Assembly: GCA_946496115.1 (NCBI GenBank)
Contig: CAMMFK010000002.1
Location: 1-41,441 of the forward strand
DNA: 41,441 bases
Direction of reading: 5' to 3'
Source of the DNA: an uncultured Clostridium sp.
Lineage (GTDB): Bacteria > Bacillota > Clostridia > TANB77 > CAG-508
Part shown: in pieces, positions 7,032 through 16,472 of the stretch
How positions within the stretch are numbered: the first letter of the stretch is position 1
Layout: each line of letters opens with the position of its first letter
Program-made: the position numbers and the translations under genes
Notes under the pieces: generated by a model
Database searches by the model: none
What the model was told of the DNA's origin: nothing
What the model saw: the letters and a program-made list of their open reading frames with translations, nothing else

Positions 7032-9377
7032 ATGGACGAACTATTAAATGAATTAAATCCAAGACAAAAAGAAGCGGTAGAGTCTACAGAAGGACCATGC
7101 TTAGTTATAGCAGGTGCCGGTTCTGGAAAAACAAAAGTGCTTACATATAAAATCAGTTATTTAATGCAAGCAAAGGGTGTAAAACCATGGAATATATTAG
7201 CTATTACATTTACCAATAAAGCAGCAAATGAAATGAAAGAAAGAGTAGAGCGATTAGCAAGTGACGCCATAAATGATATATGGCTTGGAACTTTTCACTC
7301 TATTTGTGTGCGAATACTTAGAAAATTTATAGATAGAATAGGTTTTGATTCTTCATTTGCAATATTTGACTCAACAGACCAAAGAACATTAGTTAAGAAT
7401 TGTATGAAAGAGCTTAACATTGACCCCAAATTATTTACGGACAGATCTATTTTATCTGAAATAAGTAATGCAAAAAATGAAATGTTAACTCCTGAAAAAT
7501 ATGAGGAAAGAGCAAACGGAGATTACAGAAAAGAAATAACTTCAAAAGTTTATTACTTATACCAAAAAAAGCTTAGGGAAAATAATGCTATAGACTTTGA
7601 CGATATTATAAATTACACTATAAATATTTTAACAGATAATCCTGATGTACTAGATTATTATTCTAGTAAATTTAAGTACATATTAGTTGATGAGTATCAA
7701 GATACAAATAAATCTCAATTTATGTTAGTATCTCTTTTGGCTTCTAAGTATGGAAATATTACTGTTGTTGGAGATAGTGACCAATCAATTTATCGTTTTA
7801 GAGGAGCAGATATAACTAATATACTTAATTTCGAAAAAGATTTTCCGGGTGCAAAAATAGTTAAGCTAGAGCAAAATTATAGATGCACTGGAAATATTTT
7901 AAAAGCTGCAAATGCTGTTATTAAGCATAATGAAAACAAATATGAAAAAGTACTTTGGACAGAAAATGATGAAGGCAAGCTTCCTTTTGTATATTGTGGT
8001 GAAGATGAATATGACGAAGGTAGTTTTATAGTTCAAGAAATAAATCATTTAAGAAGAGAAGAATATTACAAATATTCAGATTTTGTGGTTTTATATAGAA
8101 TGAACTCTCAATCAAGAGCAATTGAAGATGTACTTAGAAGAGAAGACATACCATACAAAATTGTTGGAGGTTTAAAATTCTATGAAAGAAAAGAAATTAA
8201 AGATATTATTGCATATTTAAGATTAATTGCAAATCCATCAGATAATCTTTCATTAGAAAGAATAATTAATGAACCTAAAAGGGGTGTAGGAAAAACTAGC
8301 TTAGAAAACATTGAAAAGATTTCGGCAGAAAATGGAATTTCAATGTATCAGGTTATTAAAGAAGCGGATAAATTTTTGCCTAGAATTTATCAAAATACTA
8401 GAGAATTTATAAATGTAATCGAAGAGTTACGTGCAACAGATGTGCCTGTATCAGAACTTATTAAACAAACATTAAATAAAACAGGTTATACTCAAGCTTT
8501 AAAAAATGAAAATACAGTTGAAGCAGAAAGTAGAATTGAAAACTTAGAGGAATTTTTAACTGTTGCTATGGAATTTGAAAAAGAGTCAGCAGATAATAAT
8601 TTAAACGAATTCCTTGAAAGCATTTCGTTATCTAGTGATACAGACAGTTTGGAAGAATCAGATGATATGGTAACATTAATGACTCTTCATAGTGCTAAAG
8701 GTTTGGAATATCCAGTAGTATTCTTGGTTGGTATGGAAGATGGAGTATTTCCAGGACACAAATCAATGGACAACCCAGAAGACATAGAAGAAGAAAGAAG
8801 GCTATTTTATGTAGGTATAACTAGAGCTCAGCATTATTTATATTTAACATTTGCAAGAAAAAGAACAATATTTGGCTCAACGAGTTATAATCCACCATCA
8901 AGATTTTTAAAAGAGATTCCAGCAGATTTACTTGATGGATATGAAGATGCCTTTGCTGAAAAAGAGGAAGAAGACGAATTTGAGGACTCTAAGTATTCAT
9001 GGAGCTATGGCAATAGAGCAAATGGCTATGCGGATAGGTTCGCTTCAAAAGTAGTTTCATATAAGGTGTCAGCAGATAGTTTGAATAATGGAATAAGTTT
9101 TGGAGATAAGTCTCAAACTAATGATGATGCACAGCCAAGCTTCCAATTTAGAACAGCAGAAAGTTTCTTAAATAATTTAAATAAAAAGAAAACATCAAGT
9201 CCAGTTGACTTATCTCAATATAAAGTTGGTCAAAAAGTATTTCACAAAAGATTTGGAGAAGGTACTATTACTAACTTAGAAAGAGAAGAAGATGATATTA
9301 AAGTAGATATAGAGTTTGATAAATTTGGTCATAAAAGATTAATGGCTAAGTTTGCTGGTCTAGAAATTTTAAATTAA
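7032..9377 (+). CDS. pcrA: ATP-dependent DNA helicase PcrA (UvrD/Rep superfamily 1)
   Basis: Walker A AGAGSGKT, DEYQDT, and VGDSDQSIYRFRGA motifs. The conserved PcrA C-terminal tail is present (VGQKVFHKRFGEGTI...FGHKRLMAKFAGLEIL). Confidence 0.95.
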   Translation: MDELLNELNPRQKEAVESTEGPCLVIAGAGSGKTKVLTYKISYLMQAKGVKPWNILAITFTNKAANEMKERVERLASDAINDIWLGTFHSICVRILRKFIDRIGFDSSFAIFDSTDQRTLVKNCMKELNIDPKLFTDRSILSEISNAKNEMLTPEKYEERANGDYRKEITSKVYYLYQKKLRENNAIDFDDIINYTINILTDNPDVLDYYSSKFKYILVDEYQDTNKSQFMLVSLLASKYGNITVVGDSDQSIYRFRGADITNILNFEKDFPGAKIVKLEQNYRCTGNILKAANAVIKHNENKYEKVLWTENDEGKLPFVYCGEDEYDEGSFIVQEINHLRREEYYKYSDFVVLYRMNSQSRAIEDVLRREDIPYKIVGGLKFYERKEIKDIIAYLRLIANPSDNLSLERIINEPKRGVGKTSLENIEKISAENGISMYQVIKEADKFLPRIYQNTREFINVIEELRATDVPVSELIKQTLNKTGYTQALKNENTVEAESRIENLEEFLTVAMEFEKESADNNLNEFLESISLSSDTDSLEESDDMVTLMTLHSAKGLEYPVVFLVGMEDGVFPGHKSMDNPEDIEEERRLFYVGITRAQHYLYLTFARKRTIFGSTSYNPPSRFLKEIPADLLDGYEDAFAEKEEEDEFEDSKYSWSYGNRANGYADRFASKVVSYKVSADSLNNGISFGDKSQTNDDAQPSFQFRTAESFLNNLNKKKTSSPVDLSQYKVGQKVFHKRFGEGTITNLEREEDDIKVDIEFDKFGHKRLMAKFAGLEILN

Positions 9378-9447
9378 AGATTAAAGATAAAAAATAAAAA
9401 ATAATAAATAAACAATAAAAATATGAACAAAATATACAAATAAAAAA

Positions 9448-9592
9448 GGTCACAATATACATTCTCTCCCATTTCACTGCGCGGGTCGCTTCGCTCCAGC
9501 TTGCCCGCTACACTCTGCAGTCCTACTTAGTTATAATCGAAAATGCTCGCGCTGCAACCGTTCGCTGAAATGTCGAGAAGTATATTGTGACC
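9448..9592 (+). repeat. GC-rich long-hairpin intergenic element, copy A (full length)
   Basis: The outer arm ggtcacaatatacattctc pairs with gagaagtatattgtgacc. It is flanked by an A-run and a T-run. The 91-nt core (9483-9573) matches copy B at 88 of 91 positions. It lies between the convergent pcrA and mecA genes. Confidence 0.85.
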
Positions 9593-9627
9593 TTTTTATA
9601 TTATTTTATTAATTTTTAAAATTTAAT

Positions 9628-10242
9628 CTATTTAAAATTCTTTTGACTAGTATAAATAGCATTATGCTTAATTACAGAAGTTCCACGCTCTTTTATTAAC
9701 ATAGCAACAGCTTCTTGACTAGTTAAAAAATTACCAAACTCAGTAATACCAGAATAAAGTTTACCAATATATCTGTAATTTTGATTTATATTTAAACAAA
9801 TTAGAACATATTTACCATTATATTTATAAAGCTCAATTGTTTTGCAAAATTCTCTCAATCTATTAATCTTTTGCTTTTTTAAAAAATTACAAAAATTAAA
9901 AAAATGTTCTATGTCTACAAAACTATAAACCAAGGTATTATCTTTTTGAACAGGAACTTTTAAAGGCTTAACTTTTTTAGAATTTTTAGATTTAGGAATT
10001 AGTTTTGTTATAGTAAATATAAAATCACCATTATACATACTTTTGGCATCAATTCTTATTCTACTATTATCTATATGAAATCCAACTTCATCCTCAGCTT
10101 TATCAAGTATTTCTAAAAAGGATTTACGAGCTTTAGAAGGGTTAGACATAAAATTATCTAAATCGCCGTTACTGCTTTCTAACAATTCATCATTAGATAC
10201 GGTAACTCTTAATTTATATTCACTTAATTTTTCAAACTTCAT
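9628..10242 (-). CDS. mecA: MecA-like adaptor protein (ClpC adaptor / negative regulator of competence family)
   Basis: N-terminus MKFEKLSEYKLRVTVSNDELLE, with the overall MecA layout (N-domain, linker, C-domain) at about 200 aa. Confidence 0.7.
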   Translation of the reverse strand: MKFEKLSEYKLRVTVSNDELLESSNGDLDNFMSNPSKARKSFLEILDKAEDEVGFHIDNSRIRIDAKSMYNGDFIFTITKLIPKSKNSKKVKPLKVPVQKDNTLVYSFVDIEHFFNFCNFLKKQKINRLREFCKTIELYKYNGKYVLICLNINQNYRYIGKLYSGITEFGNFLTSQEAVAMLIKERGTSVIKHNAIYTSQKNFK

Positions 10243-10372
10243 AGAATTTCCTTTCTTGTTATAACAATGGTATTTATGAAATGGTTTTTTATGTATCTAT
10301 TAGTATATCATATGATTCATGCTTTTACAATGTTTTGATAAAAAAATTAAGACAATTTTTCCACAAAATACC

Positions 10373-10401
10373 TTGAAAATTAATGGAAAAAAATATATAA
10401 T
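10373..10401 (+). promoter_or_regulatory. Sigma-A type promoter for the DUF4321-radC-mre operon
   Basis: TTGAAA (10373-10378), 17-nt spacer, TATAAT (10396-10401). Confidence 0.55.
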
Positions 10402-10448
10402 ACAAATGTTAAATTATAAATATCCGTAAGATAAAATGGAGGTAACAT

Positions 10449-10706
10449 ATGGCAACAAGAGATAAAAGTACATTTGTACTAATAATATTTATATTATGTG
10501 GACTTGTTATAGGAGGACTAATTGGAGAGCTGACACAGGGAGTAAGTTGGCTTAGTTGGCTATCATATGGACAAAGTTTTGGATTAACAGAGCCAATTTC
10601 TTTAGACTTAGGAGTTGTAAATTTATCATTTGCAATAATGTTTAATATAAATATTTCTAGTATAATTGGAATAATAATTTCTATATTCATTTATAGAAAA
10701 TTCTAA
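10449..10706 (+). CDS. DUF4321-family small membrane protein
   Basis: 85 aa with two hydrophobic segments (GGLIGELT...FGL...LDLGVVNLSF pattern). RBS tggagg is 6 nt upstream. The position upstream of radC/mreB is typical for sporulating Firmicutes. Confidence 0.65.
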   Translation: MATRDKSTFVLIIFILCGLVIGGLIGELTQGVSWLSWLSYGQSFGLTEPISLDLGVVNLSFAIMFNINISSIIGIIISIFIYRKF

Positions 10707-10743
10707 TAAAAAGGAGTTTTTGGGGGGCAGAAAGGATTTACTT

Positions 10744-11436
10744 ATGCCACTTAAAATGAAACAATTGCCAGAATCTGAAAGACCATATGAAAAATTATTA
10801 ATGTATGGTGCAAAAAAGTTATCAAATGCAGAACTTTTGGCAATAATAATTAAAACAGGAACAAAAGAAGAGACATCAGTAGATATTGCTAACAGAATTT
10901 TATTACTTTCGGAAAATATTAGTGGACTTGCAAGTATTGGAATTGAAACTTTGGAAAAAATTAAAGGTATAGGAAAAGTTAAAGCAATTCAAATTAAGGC
11001 AGTATGTGAGTTAGCTACAAGAATAAATAATCCTATAAACAATCTAAAAACAAAAATAATTAGACCAAGTGATGTTGCCGGTATATTTATGCAAGAACTA
11101 AAAAATGAAAAACATGAAAAGTTAAAACTAATTTTATTAAATTCAAAAAACGAAGTAGTAAAAAATATTGAACTAAAAACAGGATCAATTAATCAAATAT
11201 CTGTAGCTCCAGCTGAAATTTTAAAGGAAGTAATTAAAGAGGAATTAGATAAATTTATACTAATACATAATCATCCAAGTGGAGATTCCACACCAAGCAA
11301 AGCAGATTTAGATTTTACTAAAAAAGTAGAAGAGTGCTCTAAATTATTCAAGTTAAATTTTTTAGATCATATTGTAATAGGAAAAGACAACTATACAAGT
11401 ATTAAAACTATAGAAAATAAAAAAACAATAAAGTAA
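10744..11436 (+). CDS. radC: RadC-family (JAMM-motif) protein
   Basis: LPESERPYEKL N-terminal motif, helix-hairpin-helix region (IKGIGKVKAIQIKA), and JAMM-like HNHPSGDSTPSKADLDFT. I chose the ATG at 10744 (aaagga 7 nt upstream). The track TTG at 10720 and the ATG at 10756 remain possible starts. Confidence 0.85.
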   Translation: MPLKMKQLPESERPYEKLLMYGAKKLSNAELLAIIIKTGTKEETSVDIANRILLLSENISGLASIGIETLEKIKGIGKVKAIQIKAVCELATRINNPINNLKTKIIRPSDVAGIFMQELKNEKHEKLKLILLNSKNEVVKNIELKTGSINQISVAPAEILKEVIKEELDKFILIHNHPSGDSTPSKADLDFTKKVEECSKLFKLNFLDHIVIGKDNYTSIKTIENKKTIK

Positions 11437-11513
11437 TTGAGCATAATCAAAAAGCAAAATTATAAATATCTGCAATTTATTATATAAAACATACAAGAAA
11501 GGAATTTTTAGCA

Positions 11514-12551
11514 ATGAATCTTGATTTATTAAACTTTAATTCAAAAGATATAGGTATGGACCTAGGAACTGCAAATATTTTAATTGCCTTAAAAGGGAAG
11601 GGTATAGTTTTAAGAGAACCATCAGTGGTTGCTTTAGATAAAGTTACTGGTGAAATTGTTGCAACTGGTAAAGAAGCAAGAGAAATGCTTGGAAGAACAC
11701 CAGAAAATATTAAAGCAGTAAGACCTATGCAAGATGGGGTTATAGCAGATTTTACAGCAACAGGTTTAATGCTTAAAAATATGCTTAAAAAGGTTTGCCA
11801 AAAATATAATGCGGGAAAACCAAGAGTAGTAGTTGGAGTTCCATCAGGTATTACAGAAGTTGAAAGAAGAGCCATAGAAGAAGCTTTTTTACAAGCAAAT
11901 GCTAAAGAAGTATATTTAATTCAAGAACCTATGGCAGCTGCTATTGGTGCAGGAATAAATGTAAAAGAGCCTATGGGAAATATGATAGTAGACATTGGTG
12001 GAGGAACTACTGAAGTTGCAGTTATTTCACTTGGAGGAATAGTTGCAAGTAACTCAATAAGAGTTGCAGGAAATGAAATAGATGAAAGTATAGTAGAATA
12101 TTTAAAAAGCCATAAAGGCATAGCGATTGGACAAACAGCAGCAGAAAGCTTAAAAATAGAGCTTGGTTGTGCACTTCCTTTAGTGTCTGAAATTACTAAA
12201 GAAATTAGAGGAAGAGATTTAGATACAGGACTTCCTAAGAATGTAACAGTATCATCTAAAGATATTGAGCAGGCTATGAGAAAACCAATAAATGAAATAT
12301 TAGAAGCAATAATAAATACATTATCTGTTACTCCACCAGAACTTTCAGCTGATATTATCGTAAATGGTATTTATTTGGCAGGTGGTGGAGCACAAATAAG
12401 AAATTTAGATAATTTAATTGCACAAAGAACAGGTGTACAAACATATGTGGCAGATACACCACTTGAATGTGTTGCAATAGGTGCAGGAAAAGTACTAGAA
12501 AACATAGATAATCTAAAAAGCGTATTAATGAATGCAGGAAAGAAAATGTAA
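11514..12551 (+). CDS. mreB: Rod shape-determining actin homologue MreB
   Basis: DIGMDLGTANILI, VVVGVPSGITEVERRA and DIGGGTTEVAVISLGG motifs. Confidence 0.95.
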   Translation: MNLDLLNFNSKDIGMDLGTANILIALKGKGIVLREPSVVALDKVTGEIVATGKEAREMLGRTPENIKAVRPMQDGVIADFTATGLMLKNMLKKVCQKYNAGKPRVVVGVPSGITEVERRAIEEAFLQANAKEVYLIQEPMAAAIGAGINVKEPMGNMIVDIGGGTTEVAVISLGGIVASNSIRVAGNEIDESIVEYLKSHKGIAIGQTAAESLKIELGCALPLVSEITKEIRGRDLDTGLPKNVTVSSKDIEQAMRKPINEILEAIINTLSVTPPELSADIIVNGIYLAGGGAQIRNLDNLIAQRTGVQTYVADTPLECVAIGAGKVLENIDNLKSVLMNAGKKM

Positions 12552-12570
12552 TTAACTTATAATTCATTAC

Positions 12571-12720
12571 AAGCTCAAATATACATTCTTCCACATTTCT
12601 ACTCTTCGGGTCGCTTCGCTCCAGCTTGCCCGCTACACTCTGCAGTCCTACTTAGTTAAAATTTAAAATGCTCGCGCTGCAACCGTTCGCTGAAATGTTC
12701 CAGAACATATATTTGAGCTT
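12571..12720 (+). repeat. GC-rich long-hairpin intergenic element, copy B (full length, intercistronic mreB-mreC)
   Basis: The outer arm aagctcaaatata pairs with catatatttgagctt. The core 12608-12698 is near-identical to copy A, with identical blocks of 51 nt and 34 nt. Confidence 0.85.
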
Positions 12721-12774
12721 ATAAAAAGTTATAGGAACTTTAAAACCTAAATAAACGTAAGGAATGATTATTTA

Positions 12775-13587
12775 ATGAAAAATAAAGCTGGCTTAATCGG
12801 AATTATCATAACAGTAGTAGTATTAATAGTTGTTGTAATAGTTTCAAATATTAGTACAGGAAACTTGTCATTTATAGAAGGTGTGGCTGGTACGATATTT
12901 GTTCCAATCCAAAACGGAATAGTATTTTTAAAAAATAAAATTACAGGAAATGAACAAGAAAATAGTGATATAGCAAGCTTACAAGAAGAAAACAGAAGCT
13001 TAAAAGATGAAAATAGTAAATTACAAGAACAACTAAGAGAACTGGAAATATTAAAATCAGAAAATAATACCTTAAAAGAATATGTTAATTTAAAAGATAA
13101 ATATTCTGAATTTACAACTGTACCAGCTTATGTAATAGAAAGAAGTATTAGTAATTATGAAAAAATAGTTGTCATAAATGCAGGAACCGATGATGGTGTA
13201 AAAGAAAATATGCCAGTCATATCAGAATCAGGATTAGTTGGATATGTAATTTCAGCAACAAATAATACTGCAAAAATTCAAACGATAATAGATACTGCAA
13301 GTAGTGTTAGTGCAAATATTTCAAATGTGCAAGATAGTGTAATACTTAGAGGAACTCTTAACAACACAGAAACAGTAAGAGCAACATATATACCAGCAGA
13401 TAGCACAATTCTTCAAGGAGATCAAGTTGTAACCTCAGGTCTTGGCGGAATTTATCCAAAAGGTATTTTAATAGGTACTGTAAAAAGTGTTGTCAACACC
13501 AAAAATGAGGCAGACAGATATGCAGAAATTGAAGTGGCTACAGACTTTTCAAGACTAGAAACAGTATTAGTAATCACTCAAAATTAA
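12775..13587 (+). CDS. mreC: Rod shape-determining protein MreC
   Basis: N-terminal TM, coiled coil (LQEENRSLKDENSKLQEQLRELE), and the C-terminal beta domain with GLVGYV and TSGLGGIYPKGILIG motifs. Confidence 0.9.
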   Translation: MKNKAGLIGIIITVVVLIVVVIVSNISTGNLSFIEGVAGTIFVPIQNGIVFLKNKITGNEQENSDIASLQEENRSLKDENSKLQEQLRELEILKSENNTLKEYVNLKDKYSEFTTVPAYVIERSISNYEKIVVINAGTDDGVKENMPVISESGLVGYVISATNNTAKIQTIIDTASSVSANISNVQDSVILRGTLNNTETVRATYIPADSTILQGDQVVTSGLGGIYPKGILIGTVKSVVNTKNEADRYAEIEVATDFSRLETVLVITQN

Positions 13588-13590
13588 TAA

Positions 13591-13642
13591 TTTGATATAT
13601 ATTCTGGAGCTTTTAGTGACCCGAGGCAGAGTAAATATCAAA
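13591..13642 (-). repeat. Reduced (about 50 bp) member of the same element family, copy D (intercistronic mreC-mreD)
   Basis: gagcttttagtgacccgaggcag aligns with copy C gtagcttttagcgacctgaggtag. The outer arms tttgatat / atatcaaa are inverted. The element ends 5 nt before the mreD RBS. Confidence 0.65.
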
Positions 13643-13659
13643 GTTTAAAGGAGATTAAA

Positions 13660-14193
13660 TTGCGAAAATTTAAAGTTATTCTAATTTTATTATTAACATT
13701 TTTTATAATATATTTTTTACAATTAAATTTCTTTTCTTGGTTTAATATAGGTGGAATAATGCCAAACCTTATAATTGTTTTAACACTATTTATAGGATTA
13801 TTTATAGGAAACAAAACAGGAGCTATATTTGGCATAATATTTGGTATAATTATAGACCTAAACCTTGGAAAAACAATAGGTATAACATCAGTTTTATTGG
13901 CTATTATAGGCTTACTTGGAGAGTATATGGACAAAAACTTTTCAAAAGATAGCAGAGTAACTATAATAGTAATGTCTGCTGTAAGCACAATTATTTATGA
14001 AGTATTTACATATGCTATAAATATTTTTCAATATGGAGGAGTACCAGAAATACTTACATTTACACTTACTCTACTAGTGGAAATATTATTTAACACAATG
14101 CTTATAATTATATTTTATCCTTTAATGAAAAAATTAGGATATTATTTAGAAGAACAATATAAAGGTAAAAAGATTTTAACAAGATATTTTTAA
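13660..14193 (+). CDS. mreD: Rod shape-determining protein MreD
   Basis: Polytopic small membrane protein directly after mreC. TTG start with aaggag 6 nt upstream. Confidence 0.8.
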   Translation: MRKFKVILILLLTFFIIYFLQLNFFSWFNIGGIMPNLIIVLTLFIGLFIGNKTGAIFGIIFGIIIDLNLGKTIGITSVLLAIIGLLGEYMDKNFSKDSRVTIIVMSAVSTIIYEVFTYAINIFQYGGVPEILTFTLTLLVEILFNTMLIIIFYPLMKKLGYYLEEQYKGKKILTRYF

Positions 14194-14253
14194 TTTTATA
14201 CATAAATTAATATCAAAAAATAAAAAACGAAAATAAAAGGGATTGGAGGAATA

Positions 14254-16324
14254 GTGGAAAGTAGAAAAGATAACAAATTAAGATACAATATTGCTATAGC
14301 AATTGTATATATAATTGGAATAATACTTTTACTTCAACTTTTTAATTTGCAAATTGTAAATCGGACAAGAATATAGAGAAGAGTCAAACACAAGACTTAC
14401 AAGAGAAACCACAATAAAAGCAGCAAGAGGAAATATTCTAGACAGTAGTGGTGAGAAGCTTGTATCCACAAAATTGGTATATAATGTGGAAATCTATAAG
14501 ACAAAAGTTGATACACAAACATTAAATAATGCACTTTTATTGTTAGCACAAACGTTAGAGCAAAATGGAGATACATATGTAGATAATTTTCCTATAACAG
14601 TTGAACCATATGCTTTTAAAAATGAAGAAACAGCTCAAACTTTTAAGGAGCAAAACAAACTTGACTCAAGTTATGATGCAGAAGCTTGCTTTAATTATTT
14701 TAAGCAAGAATATGAAGTAAATACAGACAATGTTCAAGATGCCAGAAAAATAATTACTTTAAGGTATGAAATAGAAAAAGATGGATACAGCAATACTAAA
14801 TCAGTTGAATTAGCAGAAAACATTAGTAATAGTAGCTTAGCAAAATTAAATGAAATGGGTTCAAGTTTTCCAGGAATAAGTACAACATCAGAACCAACAT
14901 TATCTTATCCTTATGGACTTTTAGCATCACATATTTTAGGATATGTTGGGCCAATAAGTGAAGATGAATTAAAAGCAAATCCAGATGAATATGACCAAAA
15001 TGATATAACTGGAAAAACAGGAATAGAACAGGTTTTAGAAAAATATTTAAAAGGAACTGATGGTGTTAAGCAAATAGACATGTCAGTAGATGGTGTTGTA
15101 ACAGATGAATATGTTGCAGAGGAAGCAGTTGCAGGTGCAGATGTAATGCTTACAATAGATAGTGATTTGCAAAAAATCACAGAAGATGCATTGCAAAAGA
15201 ATATACAAATGATGCAAAATGGAGAGCTTAAAGATGCAGAAATGGCAAAAGAAGGTGCAGCGGTAGTATTAAATGTTAAAACAGGCGAAATATTAGCAAT
15301 GGCAAGTTATCCAAACTATGATCCATCACTATTTATAGATGGTATTAGCACAGAAAATTGGAATAACTATTTAAACGCAGAAGATCATCCACTTATGAAT
15401 AAAGCAATTAGTTCAATATCTCCACCTGGATCAACATTCAAAATGGTTACAGCTATAGCAGGATTGGAGAGTGGAGCAATTGATGTAAATACAAGAATTA
15501 ATGATACAGGAGTATATAGATATTATAGAGATTATCAACCAAGATGCTGGAAAAGTGGAGGCCATGGGTGGCTTAATGTAACTCGAGCAATTGAGGTATC
15601 TTGTAACTATTTCTTCTATGAAACAGGTAGAAGAACAGGCATAGATAGATTAGTTCAAGTTGCTTCAGCATTTGGACTAGGACAAAAAACAGGTATAGAA
15701 TTGCCAGGAGAAGAAGCAGGAGTTTTAGCTTCTAGAGAAACAATGAGCCCTTGGGTTGATGGATATACTGTTCAAGCAGCTATAGGACAACTTAATAACT
15801 CATTCACACCACTTCAAATGGCTAAATATGTTGCAATGGTTGCAAACGGAGGTCATAACCTAAATTTAACAATAATAAAATCTGTAACTAATTCTGATGG
15901 AACAGAAGTGCCAAAAGAAGAAATAGAAAGCTATGTAAATGAAAAATTAGGCGTTAGCGGAAATAGTGGATCTGATTTAAGCATTAGTGAAGAAAACTTA
16001 AATGCAGTGAAAGAAGGAATGAGAGGAGTTACAAGTGATGGATCTGGTACAGCTTATAGATATTTCTCAGACTTTGATATAGAAGTAGGTGGAAAAACAG
16101 GTTCTGCATCAACAAATGAAAGTGGAAATGCCAACGCATGGTTTGTTGGATTTGCACCATTTGATGATCCAGAAATAGCTGTAGCCGTATATATTAAAGA
16201 CGGTCAGCACGGAGCTTCTACGGCAGTAACTGCTAGAGATATATTTGCACAATACTTTGGTATGAACTCAGAACAAATTACCGAAGACATGACAGCTACA
16301 TCTGATATGCAAACAGTAAGATAA
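14254..16324 (+). pseudogene. mrdA: Penicillin-binding protein 2 (elongation transpeptidase, MrdA/PBP2 family) interrupted by a 1-nt frameshift near 14362
   Basis: Frame 1, from GTG 14254, encodes the membrane anchor MESRKDNKLRYNIAIAIVYIIGIILLLQLFNLQIVN and hits TAG at 14374. Frame 2, from 14363, reads GQEYREESNTRLTRETTIKAARGNILDSSGEKLV and continues into the track ORF. That ORF carries STFK (SxxK), SCN (SxN) and KTGSA (KTG). Confidence 0.8.
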
Positions 16325-16369
16325 TATATACGTCGTCTGAGATTGCTTAAGATGATCAGAACATATATT
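16323..16369. repeat. Possible degenerate member of the element family, copy F
   Basis: The ends aatatatac ... cagaacatatatt match the ends of copy B (caaatatac ... ccagaacatatattt), with an internal tctga/tcaga hairpin. It lies immediately after the PBP2 stop. Interior homology is weak. Confidence 0.35.
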
Positions 16370-16472
16370 CTAATTTTATGGTTGAATAATAAATAAATGA
16401 ATGTTATAATAATTTCAAATTTACAAAAGATAAAAGGAGGTATGAAAAATCAAAATATAGGAGTAATTAAAA

